From the NCBI GenBank assembly GCA_963528475.1, contig CAURVP010000002.1, positions 3,187 through 67,186 on the forward strand: a stretch of DNA of 64,000 bases, written 5' to 3'. The DNA is from an uncultured Candidatus Saccharibacteria bacterium (lineage in GTDB: Bacteria; Patescibacteriota; Saccharimonadia; Saccharimonadales; Saccharimonadaceae). Shown piece by piece: positions 29,057 to 38,836 of this stretch (the stretch's first letter is position 1; every line of letters begins with the position of its first letter). A model generated the notes under the pieces. That model was not told the DNA's origin and did no database searches. It saw nothing but the letters and a program-made list of their open reading frames with translations. The translations under genes were made by a program, and so were the position numbers.

Positions 29057-30049
29057 ATGAAAATGATTCGTTGGTTGGCGAAGCGGTGGCGTCGCATTGT
29101 GGTAGTGGCTGGGGCGCTCGTTGGGTTGGCTGCACTTCGCCTTATATCGGCACAAACAGGGCAGTGGTCGCTACCTGATCGATTGCAAGACTGGATAACG
29201 CTGAGTTTGAGCGTGATGATCGAGGCACTGCCATTCGTCATGCTGGGGATCTGCATTGCAATTATAGTGCAAGTGTGGCTGCCAGCCGAGCGCTTGCTTA
29301 CCTGTCTGCCGCAGCAGCCATTATTGCGCCGAGCTTGTTTGTCGCTCCTTGGTATTGCGCTGCCAGTCTGTGAGTGTGGCAATGTCCCCTTAGCTCGCGG
29401 CCTGTTAGCAAAAGGGCTTACACCTAGTGAATCTCTCGTCTTTTTGCTTGCTGCACCAATCCTCAACCCAGTGACGATTATCACAACACAGCAAGCATTC
29501 GCTGGCGATGTGACCATTCTCTGGGCGCGAGTGTTTGGTGGCTTCGCTATTGCTAATCTTGTTGGCTGGGTCTATGCGCATCGCCCGGCTGAGGAGTTAT
29601 TGACCAATACGTTTGTTGCTTCGTGCCAGGCAGATCATGTGCAGCAGAGCAAGCGAGTAGCAAGCCTTGCGATATTTCGACGTGAGGTGCAGGCGATGCT
29701 GCCAGCCTTGGTAATTGGCGCAGGGCTCGCGGGTCTTGTGCAAGTGCTGGTGTCGCGCGAGGTATTGGTGTCGCTGGGGAGTCAACCAGTATGGTCGGTA
29801 ATTGCAATGGTGGCATTGGCGTTTATTGTTTCAATTTGCTCTAATGTCGATGCGTTCTTCGCCTTGGCATTTCGCCAGACCTTTATGACCGGGGCGCTTG
29901 TAAGTTTCTTGACCTTTGGTCCAATGATCGATATCAAGATGCTGAGCTTGCTGCGCACAACGTATCGACCGAATGTGTTACTCCAAGTGAGTGCAATCGT
30001 TGGACTGGCATCGATAACATTGGGATTGGTGGTGAATTATGCGTTTTAG
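29057..30049 (+). CDS. Permease, DUF318 family (large subunit of a two-component membrane permease)
   Basis: Multi-TM protein with LPVCECGNVPLARGLL block. TATAAT (29045-29050) lies 6 nt before the ATG. Confidence 0.7.
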   Translation: MKMIRWLAKRWRRIVVVAGALVGLAALRLISAQTGQWSLPDRLQDWITLSLSVMIEALPFVMLGICIAIIVQVWLPAERLLTCLPQQPLLRRACLSLLGIALPVCECGNVPLARGLLAKGLTPSESLVFLLAAPILNPVTIITTQQAFAGDVTILWARVFGGFAIANLVGWVYAHRPAEELLTNTFVASCQADHVQQSKRVASLAIFRREVQAMLPALVIGAGLAGLVQVLVSREVLVSLGSQPVWSVIAMVALAFIVSICSNVDAFFALAFRQTFMTGALVSFLTFGPMIDIKMLSLLRTTYRPNVLLQVSAIVGLASITLGLVVNYAF

Positions 30050-30791
30050 GCTATTCTTGTCCCGAGTTGCACAGCAACAAAGTATAATACTCCTTTTTAT
30101 CATTGCCGTGGCGACGCTGTGGCTAGCTGTGACTGGTCGTTTGACGCTCTATATTCATCAGCGGTATATCGTCTTTACGACTAGTATGGCAGTGGTTGCT
30201 CTTGTGATGGCGAGTGCGAGTGTTATTACGCAATCACGTGCCTACCAGCAGACACACTTCATTTGGTGGCGTCGCGCTACCGCGTGTGTGATGGTGTGTA
30301 TGGTCGCAGGCATGGCGCTACTTGTCCCACCGACAGCACTAACGACAACAACTGCCACGCAACGTGGCATCAACAAAGGGGCAGTAACTCGGCTATCTAC
30401 CGACAAGCTATCACAAGCATCTATCTTTGCTCAGCGAGATTATTCGCACCTCACGATCAAAGAATGGGCAGGGTTACTCGCGCAAATGCATGATAGCGGG
30501 TTTTATCGTGGCAAGACAGTCAACTTGACAGGGTTTGTCACGCCAGATACAGCGGATTCGCAAATTTTTTATGTATCTCGATTTGTCGTGACGTGTTGTG
30601 CGGTCGATGCACAGGCGGTTGGCGTGCCAGTCTATGCACCTGGGTGGCGTGAGCGCTACCAGCCTAATAGTTGGGTAACGGTGACGGGTGACTTTGCCGC
30701 GCATCCACAGCAACATCGTCAGCAGCCGATTGTCATCATGCCGCGTTCGGTTACGTCAACCACCCAGCCAAAGGAGCCCTATGAATACTAA
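30039..30791 (+). CDS. DUF1980/TIGR03943-like partner subunit of the permease
   Basis: Overlaps the permease by 11 nt. Has three N-terminal TM helices and a C-terminal domain with VVTCCAVDA. Confidence 0.65.
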   Translation: MRFRLFLSRVAQQQSIILLFIIAVATLWLAVTGRLTLYIHQRYIVFTTSMAVVALVMASASVITQSRAYQQTHFIWWRRATACVMVCMVAGMALLVPPTALTTTTATQRGINKGAVTRLSTDKLSQASIFAQRDYSHLTIKEWAGLLAQMHDSGFYRGKTVNLTGFVTPDTADSQIFYVSRFVVTCCAVDAQAVGVPVYAPGWRERYQPNSWVTVTGDFAAHPQQHRQQPIVIMPRSVTSTTQPKEPYEY

Positions 30792-32124
30792 AAGCTGGCG
30801 GTGGGTGCGTCAGCGATGGCGATTTTTGCTTGTTGCGATTGGATTATTAATTACACTGAGTATACTCACGGTCCTGAGCTATCAACAGGGCCCGCGCTTG
30901 CGTCATGCAGTGCTAGCAGACGATCCGAATGTAGGCTACCAGACACTGCAGTTGCAGTTTAATCAGCCAGTCAAGCCGGTTGAAACTCATGCAATACGAA
31001 TCTCGCCGCGCGCAGACTTTACCGTTACAACAAGCAACGCAACTGTGACGATTCAGTTCCGGCATCGTTTGCAAAGTAACTCGCAGTATCACGTGGCGAT
31101 CGATCAGGTAGCTAGCGCCTATACACAGCAGCTCGCGGCAGCCAGTTACCGCTTTGATACACCACCAGCACAGCTCTACTACCTCAAGCACCACGATCTC
31201 ACAGAGACAAAAACAGAATTCTACGTCGCACAAGCGACAGATGCTATCGTGCAGATGAATCTGGCAACAAAGCATGAGAAGACACTCTATCAAGCAGCAC
31301 AAATTATCGACTATGCAGTAGTGGGCTCTCGTATCGTTGTTCATACAATAAATGATGCGAAAACCAGTGAATTGCATCAGGTTGATATAGAGACTGGTGC
31401 TGTATCGCCGTTACCGTTGCCTGGTAAGGGTACAGTGTCTCGCTTGCGAGCGATGGATAATGGGACGGTAGGATATCTCTTTGCAAAGGTGGATAACAAA
31501 GACAAAACTAACAATCTCATCGTGCATGATATTGCAGCGCAGCGCCACCACACTATACTCGGTCTTAATGGACAGCCATTACCAGTGTATGATTGGCGCC
31601 CAGTATCACGTGGTGCAGCAGTTGTGGTGCGAACTCGCGGTGATGATGTACTGCTTATTGACCCGACTGGCAAGCACGTTATGCAGCCACTTGGCCAGGC
31701 AGCAGTGCTTGGCGATGTATCATATGATGGCAAGAATATTATCATGATGAAAACGGGGGATGGGTATTTTGCATTCAACCTAGAAAATAGCAAAAAATCA
31801 CCCATTACTCACCAACAAGGAAATGACGTCATATCACTAGCTGCTTCCTTGCATACCCACAGTGGCTATGCTATGGAGATAACGAGTGTTAATAAGCAGC
31901 ACATCCTGCAGCGTCAAACAATACTCACCCACCCAGCCAAACAAGTGATTCACCGGACAACACCACCGGCGTACACAACGAACATCACTGTATCGCCAAA
32001 CGATCAGTATACCGCCATTGAGCAAAAAATCACTACTGATAGCTCCACCAAAACGCACATTATCGATAATAAAACTGGCCATATAGTGCACACACTCGAT
32101 GGTAAAGCAGTGGTTTGGTTATAA
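30781..32124 (+). CDS. Membrane-anchored hypothetical protein (Ig-like N-domain, beta-rich C-terminal region)
   Basis: Start set at MNTKSWRWV (ATG 30781), overlapping the upstream stop by 11 nt. Has a single N-terminal TM helix. No catalytic motif recognised. Confidence 0.55.
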   Translation: MNTKSWRWVRQRWRFLLVAIGLLITLSILTVLSYQQGPRLRHAVLADDPNVGYQTLQLQFNQPVKPVETHAIRISPRADFTVTTSNATVTIQFRHRLQSNSQYHVAIDQVASAYTQQLAAASYRFDTPPAQLYYLKHHDLTETKTEFYVAQATDAIVQMNLATKHEKTLYQAAQIIDYAVVGSRIVVHTINDAKTSELHQVDIETGAVSPLPLPGKGTVSRLRAMDNGTVGYLFAKVDNKDKTNNLIVHDIAAQRHHTILGLNGQPLPVYDWRPVSRGAAVVVRTRGDDVLLIDPTGKHVMQPLGQAAVLGDVSYDGKNIIMMKTGDGYFAFNLENSKKSPITHQQGNDVISLAASLHTHSGYAMEITSVNKQHILQRQTILTHPAKQVIHRTTPPAYTTNITVSPNDQYTAIEQKITTDSSTKTHIIDNKTGHIVHTLDGKAVVWL

Positions 32125-32260
32125 AACAGGTGATAGAGTCTGAAGTGACTCCAGTCTGTATCTTGAGAGCAGGAATCGCATCTATGCCACGCAACGACAA
32201 TACGTAATTAGTGTTTGCACAATGTTCTGATATACTATAAAAGATATAGCATAAAGGGAG

Positions 32261-32923
32261 ATGATGCCAATGCGAATGCGTGACAGACGACCAAGTGACC
32301 GCCCGCGGGAGAAACTTGCGCGAGATGGAGCGGCTCGCCTGAGTGACCTTGAGCTCCTTATGGCGATTATCGGCAGCGGTAATGCACAAGCTGACGTTGG
32401 CAAAATTGCGCGCTGTGTGCTTAAAGCCTTGCGCACACATGGAGGTGACCTAACTCATGAGGAGCTCTCCAAGATAACTGGCCTTGGTGCGGCTAAGGTG
32501 ACAGTGATTCTCGCGAATTTTGAGCTTGCGCGGCGCTACCTACTCAAAAGTGACCAGCCTATCATTGATGAACCAAGCAAAGCAGCAGAGCAACTCACCG
32601 ATATTCGCGACAAACGGCAGGAGCATTTTGTCTGCTTAACGCTCGATGGAGCACATCGCTTGATTGCTAAACGCACGATTACCATTGGTACGCTAACTGC
32701 TAGCTTGGTGCACCCACGAGAAGTCTTTACAGATGCAATTGCCGACCGAGCAGCGGGGGTCATTGTAGCACATAATCATCCTAGCGGGCAGCTTATTGCA
32801 AGCCAGGCCGATCGAGAGACGACGCAGCGCCTCGCCGAGGCGGGCAAGCTGCTTGGCATCCAGTTGCTCGACCACCTTATCGTTACGAAACACGACTACA
32901 TATCGATCATCGCCGAAACATAA
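32261..32923 (+). CDS. radC: RadC-family JAB/MPN domain protein
   Basis: RPREKL...LSDLELLMAIIGSG N-terminal block and a HNHPSG JAMM motif. TGaTATACT at 32228-32236 and SD agggag are upstream. Confidence 0.85.
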   Translation: MMPMRMRDRRPSDRPREKLARDGAARLSDLELLMAIIGSGNAQADVGKIARCVLKALRTHGGDLTHEELSKITGLGAAKVTVILANFELARRYLLKSDQPIIDEPSKAAEQLTDIRDKRQEHFVCLTLDGAHRLIAKRTITIGTLTASLVHPREVFTDAIADRAAGVIVAHNHPSGQLIASQADRETTQRLAEAGKLLGIQLLDHLIVTKHDYISIIAET

Positions 32924-32981
32924 GGAATGATCTGTTAGCACTCTTGCAATTAGAGTGCCAATTGGCTATACTAAGACAGAT

Positions 32982-34103
32982 ATGGCGAAGCGAGATTATT
33001 ATGAGGTGCTTGGTGTTGCCAAAAGCGCCAGCGATGATGACATTAAGCGGGCATTCCGCAAATTGGCAGTGAAGTACCACCCAGATAAAGCGGGTGGGAG
33101 TGAAGAGAAATTCAAAGAGATCAACGAAGCGTATGAGGTCCTGAAGGACAAGCAAAAGCGCCAGCGGTATGACCAATTTGGCCATGCGGGCGTTGGTGGT
33201 GCTGCCAGCGGTAGTGGTGGCGGTAACCCATTTGCTGGCTTTGGCGACTTTGGCCAGGGGCAGAATATCCACTTTGATTTTGGTGATGGTGGTCTAGGAG
33301 ATATCTTTGGCCAGTTCTTTGGTGGTGCTGCTGGTGGCAGTGCAAGCCAAGGCCCGTCACGCGGTCGTGATGTTGAGACGAGTGTGACGCTCGAATTTGA
33401 AGAAGCGATCTTTGGCAAAGAAGTTGCTCTTGCACTAACACTTGATGACGAATGTGAGCATTGCCACGGTAGTACCGTCGAGCCCGGCTCAAGCCTTAAG
33501 AGCTGTCCAGATTGTAAAGGCACTGGCCAGCGCGTGCGGACAATGAATACAATGTTTGGCCCCATTCAGCAGGCGGTAACGTGTGAGACATGCCAAGGCC
33601 GGGGGAAGATTCCTGAGAAGGCCTGTACAGTCTGCCAAGGTAGCGGTGTGCAGCGCCGCGAGCAAACGATTACCGTCAAGATTCCCGCTGGTATCGATAA
33701 TGGCTCGACGATTCGTCTCCGTGGTCGTGGTGAAGCTGTCGGTGGTGGCAGCAAGGGCGACCTCTATGTGCAGGTGCGAGTCAATCCACACAAGACGTTT
33801 AGCCGTGAAGGTGATGTGATCCTGAGTGAGGAGCATATTGGTATGGCAGATGCAGCGCTTGGTGCCGAGCTCGACGTTAAGACAGTCGATGGGACGATTA
33901 CAATGAAGGTGCCAGCTGGTACGCAATCGGGCACTGACTTCAAGTTATCTGGTCACGGCGTGCCACACATGCGAAGCGACAAGCGTGGGCCTCATATCGT
34001 GACAGTAGTGGTCGACACCCCAACCAAACTAAACCGCCGCCAGAAGGAAATCCTCCGCGAGTTTAATGACACATTAGGGCGGAAGGGGATATTTGGGTTG
34101 TAA
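32982..34103 (+). CDS. dnaJ: Molecular chaperone DnaJ
   Basis: [12 protein letters not shown], a KYHPDK (HPD) motif, a G/F-rich linker, and four CxxCxGxG repeats. No dnaK or grpE lies adjacent. Confidence 0.95.
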   Translation: MAKRDYYEVLGVAKSASDDDIKRAFRKLAVKYHPDKAGGSEEKFKEINEAYEVLKDKQKRQRYDQFGHAGVGGAASGSGGGNPFAGFGDFGQGQNIHFDFGDGGLGDIFGQFFGGAAGGSASQGPSRGRDVETSVTLEFEEAIFGKEVALALTLDDECEHCHGSTVEPGSSLKSCPDCKGTGQRVRTMNTMFGPIQQAVTCETCQGRGKIPEKACTVCQGSGVQRREQTITVKIPAGIDNGSTIRLRGRGEAVGGGSKGDLYVQVRVNPHKTFSREGDVILSEEHIGMADAALGAELDVKTVDGTITMKVPAGTQSGTDFKLSGHGVPHMRSDKRGPHIVTVVVDTPTKLNRRQKEILREFNDTLGRKGIFGL

Positions 34104-34281
34104 CTCCAGGTAGGTACTGGTGTAGAATTAAACTACTTGTGGTGAAGGGTTTGATTCTAATCTGTTTGCTGGGTGGTGTAACTTTGCTAGATCATTTCAA
34201 AATTCGATAACGGAAACGTGGCTTTGCTCACAGTGCTCTGCAAATATAAGAGAAAGAGTCTTGATTTATACGGTGGTTTAT

Positions 34282-34290
34282 TGCTAAAAT
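34282..34290 (+). promoter_or_regulatory. Extended -10 box TGcTAAAAT in front of the ATP-grasp/peptidase cassette
   Basis: 9 nt upstream of ATG 34300. Confidence 0.45.
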
Positions 34291-34299
34291 AGCCTCACT

Positions 34300-35877
34300 A
34301 TGATGACGAGTTATACTCCCGAGAATAGACCACTTCCATCTCATGGTATGCAGGTGAAAGAAGCTCGGCGTAGCCAGAATAGCTCTGTCGATATAGATCC
34401 TGAAGTGTTCCGAGGAAAGTACCAGGAACTTGTCGAGCGATCACCGAAAGTTATTGAATCACTTGTTCCCGATCAAGAAAGCAAAGAAGTGGCAATTGAC
34501 AGTCTAATTACAGGTAGTACCACGTCTTTTCAGCAAAAGTATCCGGTCATTGAGAAGTATTCCGACGAAGATTATACAACCATGCAAGATACTGCAGAAA
34601 CGCTGATGTCTATGGCTGAGTCTATGTCAGAGCCAGAGAGGACAGTCTATCTCCAGGCGATTGAGGCTCGCAAGCAAGAGGCGAACTTGATAGTAGCGAT
34701 GAGGGATTATAAAGCAGCAGCAGATCCAATAGCAAGAGAAGCAGCAGCACAACGTTTTATGGAGATAAATATTACGCTCTATGGTGAGCCAGATAAAACA
34801 ACATATGAGTCATTACTCGGCGAAAAAATTGCCAACATCTTTCATAAAAAGCGCAGTCAAAGCGCCGAGATAATCTTTCAGGAGCTTCGGAATCTTCTTC
34901 CAGAAAATGTAATAGATGGTACACGTGCACAAGATCGATTTCGTCCATCTACTGAGACTATGAGATGGATGAACGAAGTTGTTCATGGATTGTATGACAA
35001 TATGCTTCGACATGTTGATAGCTATGTAGAAGCGCATAAATCGGAGCTTCAAATAGAATCACACGATGAGACGGTTATAAAAATCCAGCCGACACACCTT
35101 CAAGATATCTTTCGGAATATCTTGACTGAGGAATTCCTTGCGTCATCCAAAGAGACTGAAGAAAGTAGCCAGACAGGTGATACACAGGGTGCACAAGCTG
35201 CGACAGACTGGGATAATACCGAGACGAGAAGTGCTGAGAAAGATACGGGTTGGAAGATTGAGGTGACAGAGGCAAAATCGATCAATGTTGATCCAGATAC
35301 GAGACATATCAGAATACCCCAAGACCGAGAAGCTATGTCTGTTAATGAAGTAAAACGGCTAGTTGTGCACGAAATAGGCGTGCATGTCTTAACGCGAATG
35401 ACTGGTGGTTCAACAAACCTTGAGCCGCTCGCACAGGGCTTAGCTGGTTTTAATGATACACAAGAAGGGCTTGGGAAAGCAATGGAACACGCCCTTGAAG
35501 GAGAATATCAAGAAGCTGGTATAGATCACTATATTACTGCTGGGCTTGCCTATTTTGACAACAAGGATTTCAAAGGTGCTTATGATGTGAAGTGGCGTCT
35601 CAAACTTCTCGAGAGCCTCAAGCCTGATCAAACACCAACACAAGCACAGATTGACAAAGCCAAGCAATGGGCAGCAAACACAACAATGCGTATCTACCGG
35701 GGTACTGATGATCTGCCACTCTTTAAGGATCTCTGCTATTACAATGGGTCGAAAGAAGTATGGGAGTATCTAGAGAAAATTTGTGGTGATGATTTGCAGC
35801 TGAGTTTATTATTAGCTGGTAAAATTAATACCTCAAAGAAGCACCAGAGAGTCATACTTGAATCACATAGTACTTAA
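34300..35877 (+). CDS. DUF1704/MATCAP-like putative metallocarboxypeptidase (HExxxH + QEGL motif)
   Basis: VHEIGVH (35368-35385) is followed about 25 residues later by TQEGLG (35461-35475). This pairing defines the 'QEGLA motif' DUF1704 family as I recall it. The N-terminal half is long, acidic and unrecognised. Confidence 0.6.
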   Translation: MMTSYTPENRPLPSHGMQVKEARRSQNSSVDIDPEVFRGKYQELVERSPKVIESLVPDQESKEVAIDSLITGSTTSFQQKYPVIEKYSDEDYTTMQDTAETLMSMAESMSEPERTVYLQAIEARKQEANLIVAMRDYKAAADPIAREAAAQRFMEINITLYGEPDKTTYESLLGEKIANIFHKKRSQSAEIIFQELRNLLPENVIDGTRAQDRFRPSTETMRWMNEVVHGLYDNMLRHVDSYVEAHKSELQIESHDETVIKIQPTHLQDIFRNILTEEFLASSKETEESSQTGDTQGAQAATDWDNTETRSAEKDTGWKIEVTEAKSINVDPDTRHIRIPQDREAMSVNEVKRLVVHEIGVHVLTRMTGGSTNLEPLAQGLAGFNDTQEGLGKAMEHALEGEYQEAGIDHYITAGLAYFDNKDFKGAYDVKWRLKLLESLKPDQTPTQAQIDKAKQWAANTTMRIYRGTDDLPLFKDLCYYNGSKEVWEYLEKICGDDLQLSLLLAGKINTSKKHQRVILESHST

Positions 35878-35891
35878 ACTAAATACGAGCA

Positions 35892-37259
35892 ATGAAAGTT
35901 CAATACGATAAAAGTTTAAAGATAGCAGGCGTTAGTATACAACCATGGGCAAGAATTGGGCCTGAGCAGTGGTTTGATAATTACAAAATTGCTTCACTAG
36001 CTGGCTGGAATATGCGCAGTCAGAATGTAGAGCACATGAATAGTCTCGCTTATATGCGCGATCAGTGCGAGAGACCTTATACAGGTGAACTGACTACACA
36101 GGCTCTTTTGCAAGATCCAATATTCCAAGACATGATAATAACTCATTTACCTGAGTACCGTATTTTTACGTATAAACCTTTTATAATTCCTGAGCGATTG
36201 AAACAAAGCAGTTTGCATTTTTTGCCTAGAAACGATATGTACGTGTTGGCTCAGAAGTTTGAGAATAAATCACGGTTTCGGCGTATTTTTGCAGAGCGTC
36301 TTTGCAATATTCCACCACATAAAATATACCCTTGGCGAGAAATGTTATCGGATGAGGGATATTTTTCTAATCTCTGTGATGGACGTAGTAAGATTGTTTT
36401 GCAGGATGCTGCACTTGGTGGAGGGAAGGGGTCGTTTATTATCGATAGCTTCGAGTCGTTCTGTTCTGCAATAAATACAATGCAAAATAGCAATGGTTTG
36501 GTTGGTGAAGTAGTTGTATCAGACTACATTGCTGATGGCCGTGATTGGTCGGTGCAGGGCGTTGTAACGCGCTATGGGGTCTTCGTAGGGCCAGTGCAGC
36601 GGCAGATTATTGCAGACCCGAATTTATCAAATACAAGTATTCCTGGTACTGAGAAGTTTTGCGGTATTGAAATATTGGCAGATGATCAACACACATGGCA
36701 GAGTAGTCAATTAACGAAAAATGCACGCGTCATAGGCCAGGAATTATACGACAGAGGGTATCGTGGTATTTTTGGTGTTGATTCTTTGGTAACGGATGAT
36801 GCAGTGTATACTATCGAAGTTAACGCACGCATTACGGGTGCAACGCCGCTTCTTACAATGAGCTATAATGCAAAGAAGCATATCCCCTTCTATCTTCTTC
36901 ATATTTTAGAACTAACGAATGCTGATTATACTATTGAAGACAGCTCATACAGTAATGACTATAATGATTGCGCGCTGATGGTTCTCCATCAACGAGACAG
37001 TGAGACAGGTGTCGCTGACAGCCCTCGGTCGGGATTATATAATGAAAAGATGCAAATCATAGGCGATATAATGTCATTCGATAGGTCTTCCTATGCAAAA
37101 CAGGTTTTTGTACAGGATTATACAAGGAGCGAGAGGTCTATTGCGCAAGGGTCTCGATTGGCGTCTATATTTACTAATTTTCGTGTTATGGATGAGGAGG
37201 GTGTGCTTATGAGAGAATCAAGAAATATTATTGATATAATTGAAAATAGTTCGAAGTAA
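35892..37259 (+). CDS. ATP-grasp ligase, uncharacterised subfamily
   Basis: Glycine loop LGGGKGSFII and a Mg/ATP block GIFGVDSLVTDDAVYTIEVNARITG (E-x-N intact). Starts 14 nt after the upstream stop. Confidence 0.6.
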   Translation: MKVQYDKSLKIAGVSIQPWARIGPEQWFDNYKIASLAGWNMRSQNVEHMNSLAYMRDQCERPYTGELTTQALLQDPIFQDMIITHLPEYRIFTYKPFIIPERLKQSSLHFLPRNDMYVLAQKFENKSRFRRIFAERLCNIPPHKIYPWREMLSDEGYFSNLCDGRSKIVLQDAALGGGKGSFIIDSFESFCSAINTMQNSNGLVGEVVVSDYIADGRDWSVQGVVTRYGVFVGPVQRQIIADPNLSNTSIPGTEKFCGIEILADDQHTWQSSQLTKNARVIGQELYDRGYRGIFGVDSLVTDDAVYTIEVNARITGATPLLTMSYNAKKHIPFYLLHILELTNADYTIEDSSYSNDYNDCALMVLHQRDSETGVADSPRSGLYNEKMQIIGDIMSFDRSSYAKQVFVQDYTRSERSIAQGSRLASIFTNFRVMDEEGVLMRESRNIIDIIENSSK

Positions 37260-37273
37260 ATAAATGTATCGCT

Positions 37274-38782
37274 ATGAATATGGAGCAAGAAAGCAATAAT
37301 AATATCAAAAAAGCAGACCTGTCACGGTATAGCATTACCTCTCGATTACTAATGAAGGAGGCACTTCGAAAAGGGTACCAGGTCACAACAGTTCCAGGTC
37401 GTTTAGCAACATCACATGTGGTGCGCTGTGAAAAGGACGGCAAAGAGCTTTACTTTTATAATCTTAATACTGCACTAAACCCTTCATATGCAGTTCAGGT
37501 GAATGAGGACAAGATCTGGACGAATAACATATTACACCAATCGCATATACAAATACCAGATACATATCCATTAAAAATAAATAGACCCGAAGACGTGGTA
37601 ATTGACGATACACTTCGAAAAATGCTAGAGTCTCATGAGTATCTTGTAGTTAAACCTGCTACAGCAAACTACAGCGATGATACTCCTGTTAGCGCTGGTG
37701 ACGAAGAAAGTTTGCTTCGTGCAATACACCATGTGTATCAGAATAGTGGTGGACAGCCTGAGGTGATTGTTCAGCAAATGGTTTTTGGGCAAGAATATCG
37801 CTTCTTGGTGTTAAATAAAAAAGTCATTGCAGTAGCATATCGTCGACCACCATATGTTGTTGGAGATGGAGTATCAACAATACGAACCTTGATAAGTAGA
37901 AAAAATAATAATTGCTTAAAGCATGACAACAGACACGCTAGTTTAGTAGCAAAAATAAACATCGAAGATGTGTCGAGACATGAAGGTGCTCACTTTTTGC
38001 AACAAGTTCCCGAGAAAGGTCGTGCTGTTGAGGTTTTAGATACATTGAATCTGAGCAGGGGTGGTGAAGCGGTTGATGTCACGAGTTATGTGTCTGATGA
38101 ACTCAAAACCATAGCAATTCAAGCGGCATCAGCATGTTTTCTTGGTATTGCTGGTATTGATATTGTAACGGATAACATTAGTGGCGATGGAAATGATAGC
38201 TATGTCGTAAGAGTGAAGGCATCTCCAGGGATACGAATGCACCAATTTCCAACAGAAGGCAAACCTCGGAATGTTGCACGAAAACTATTTCATGCTATTG
38301 AAAAAACGGCGCATCCTATCGGCAAAAAGATAGTTATGATTGGCCGAGTTGAAAAGGTTGCTTTGCCTGATCTTGTTAACGAAAAATTTAAAGCTCGGAT
38401 AGATACAGGGGCAACAGTCTCGTCTATATGGGCAAGTGATATTCGAGTTGATAAGACAGGCCTCTATTGCAAACTATTTGGTGAAGGCTCCCCAGTGTAT
38501 ACTGGTGAGGAGTTGCATTTTTCTGAGTATTCCATGCGCTCTGTTCGGAGTTCGAATGGTTATGAGGAATTGCGGTATCAAGTTGTCATTAATGTAAGTT
38601 TGGCAGGAAGGCGAGTGAAAGCAAAAGTTACACTAGCAGACAGATCGGGGCAGATCTACCCAATGCTGATTGGAAGAAATATTTTGCGTAATAAATTCAT
38701 CGTTCATGTTGCAGAGGGTGATATTGATAAGAAGGCCGAAAGTAGTAATCGTCAAGAACTACGCCAAAATGGACTACAATAG
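37274..38782 (+). CDS. Fusion: cyanophycin-synthetase-like ATP-grasp module with degenerate catalytic motifs + DUF785/RimB-like retropepsin aspartic peptidase
   Basis: EYRFLVLNKKVIAVAYRRPPYVVGDGVSTIRTLI and NLSRGG resemble the cyanophycin synthetase/GshAB ATP-grasp. The E-x-N block reads VVRVKASPGIRMH, and the Gly loop reads KPATANYSDD. The C-terminal part has RIDTGAT (D-T-G 38402-38410) and LIGRNIL. Confidence 0.65.
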   Translation: MNMEQESNNNIKKADLSRYSITSRLLMKEALRKGYQVTTVPGRLATSHVVRCEKDGKELYFYNLNTALNPSYAVQVNEDKIWTNNILHQSHIQIPDTYPLKINRPEDVVIDDTLRKMLESHEYLVVKPATANYSDDTPVSAGDEESLLRAIHHVYQNSGGQPEVIVQQMVFGQEYRFLVLNKKVIAVAYRRPPYVVGDGVSTIRTLISRKNNNCLKHDNRHASLVAKINIEDVSRHEGAHFLQQVPEKGRAVEVLDTLNLSRGGEAVDVTSYVSDELKTIAIQAASACFLGIAGIDIVTDNISGDGNDSYVVRVKASPGIRMHQFPTEGKPRNVARKLFHAIEKTAHPIGKKIVMIGRVEKVALPDLVNEKFKARIDTGATVSSIWASDIRVDKTGLYCKLFGEGSPVYTGEELHFSEYSMRSVRSSNGYEELRYQVVINVSLAGRRVKAKVTLADRSGQIYPMLIGRNILRNKFIVHVAEGDIDKKAESSNRQELRQNGLQ

Positions 38783-38836
38783 AGACAGAGAGCATATAAT
38801 AAGCAAAATCGATAAAATAATAGTACGAGGTATGGA

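Noticed and set aside
34139-34210. Possible 23-codon hydrophobic mini-ORF (GTG…LILICLLGGVTLLDHFKIR) upstream of the ATP-grasp cassette, considered as a RiPP/graspetide precursor
   Set aside because: It has a non-ATG start, no convincing ribosome-binding site or promoter, and no Thr/Ser/Lys/Asp/Glu-rich core as in graspetides. It is too short to evaluate and is kept only as a note.
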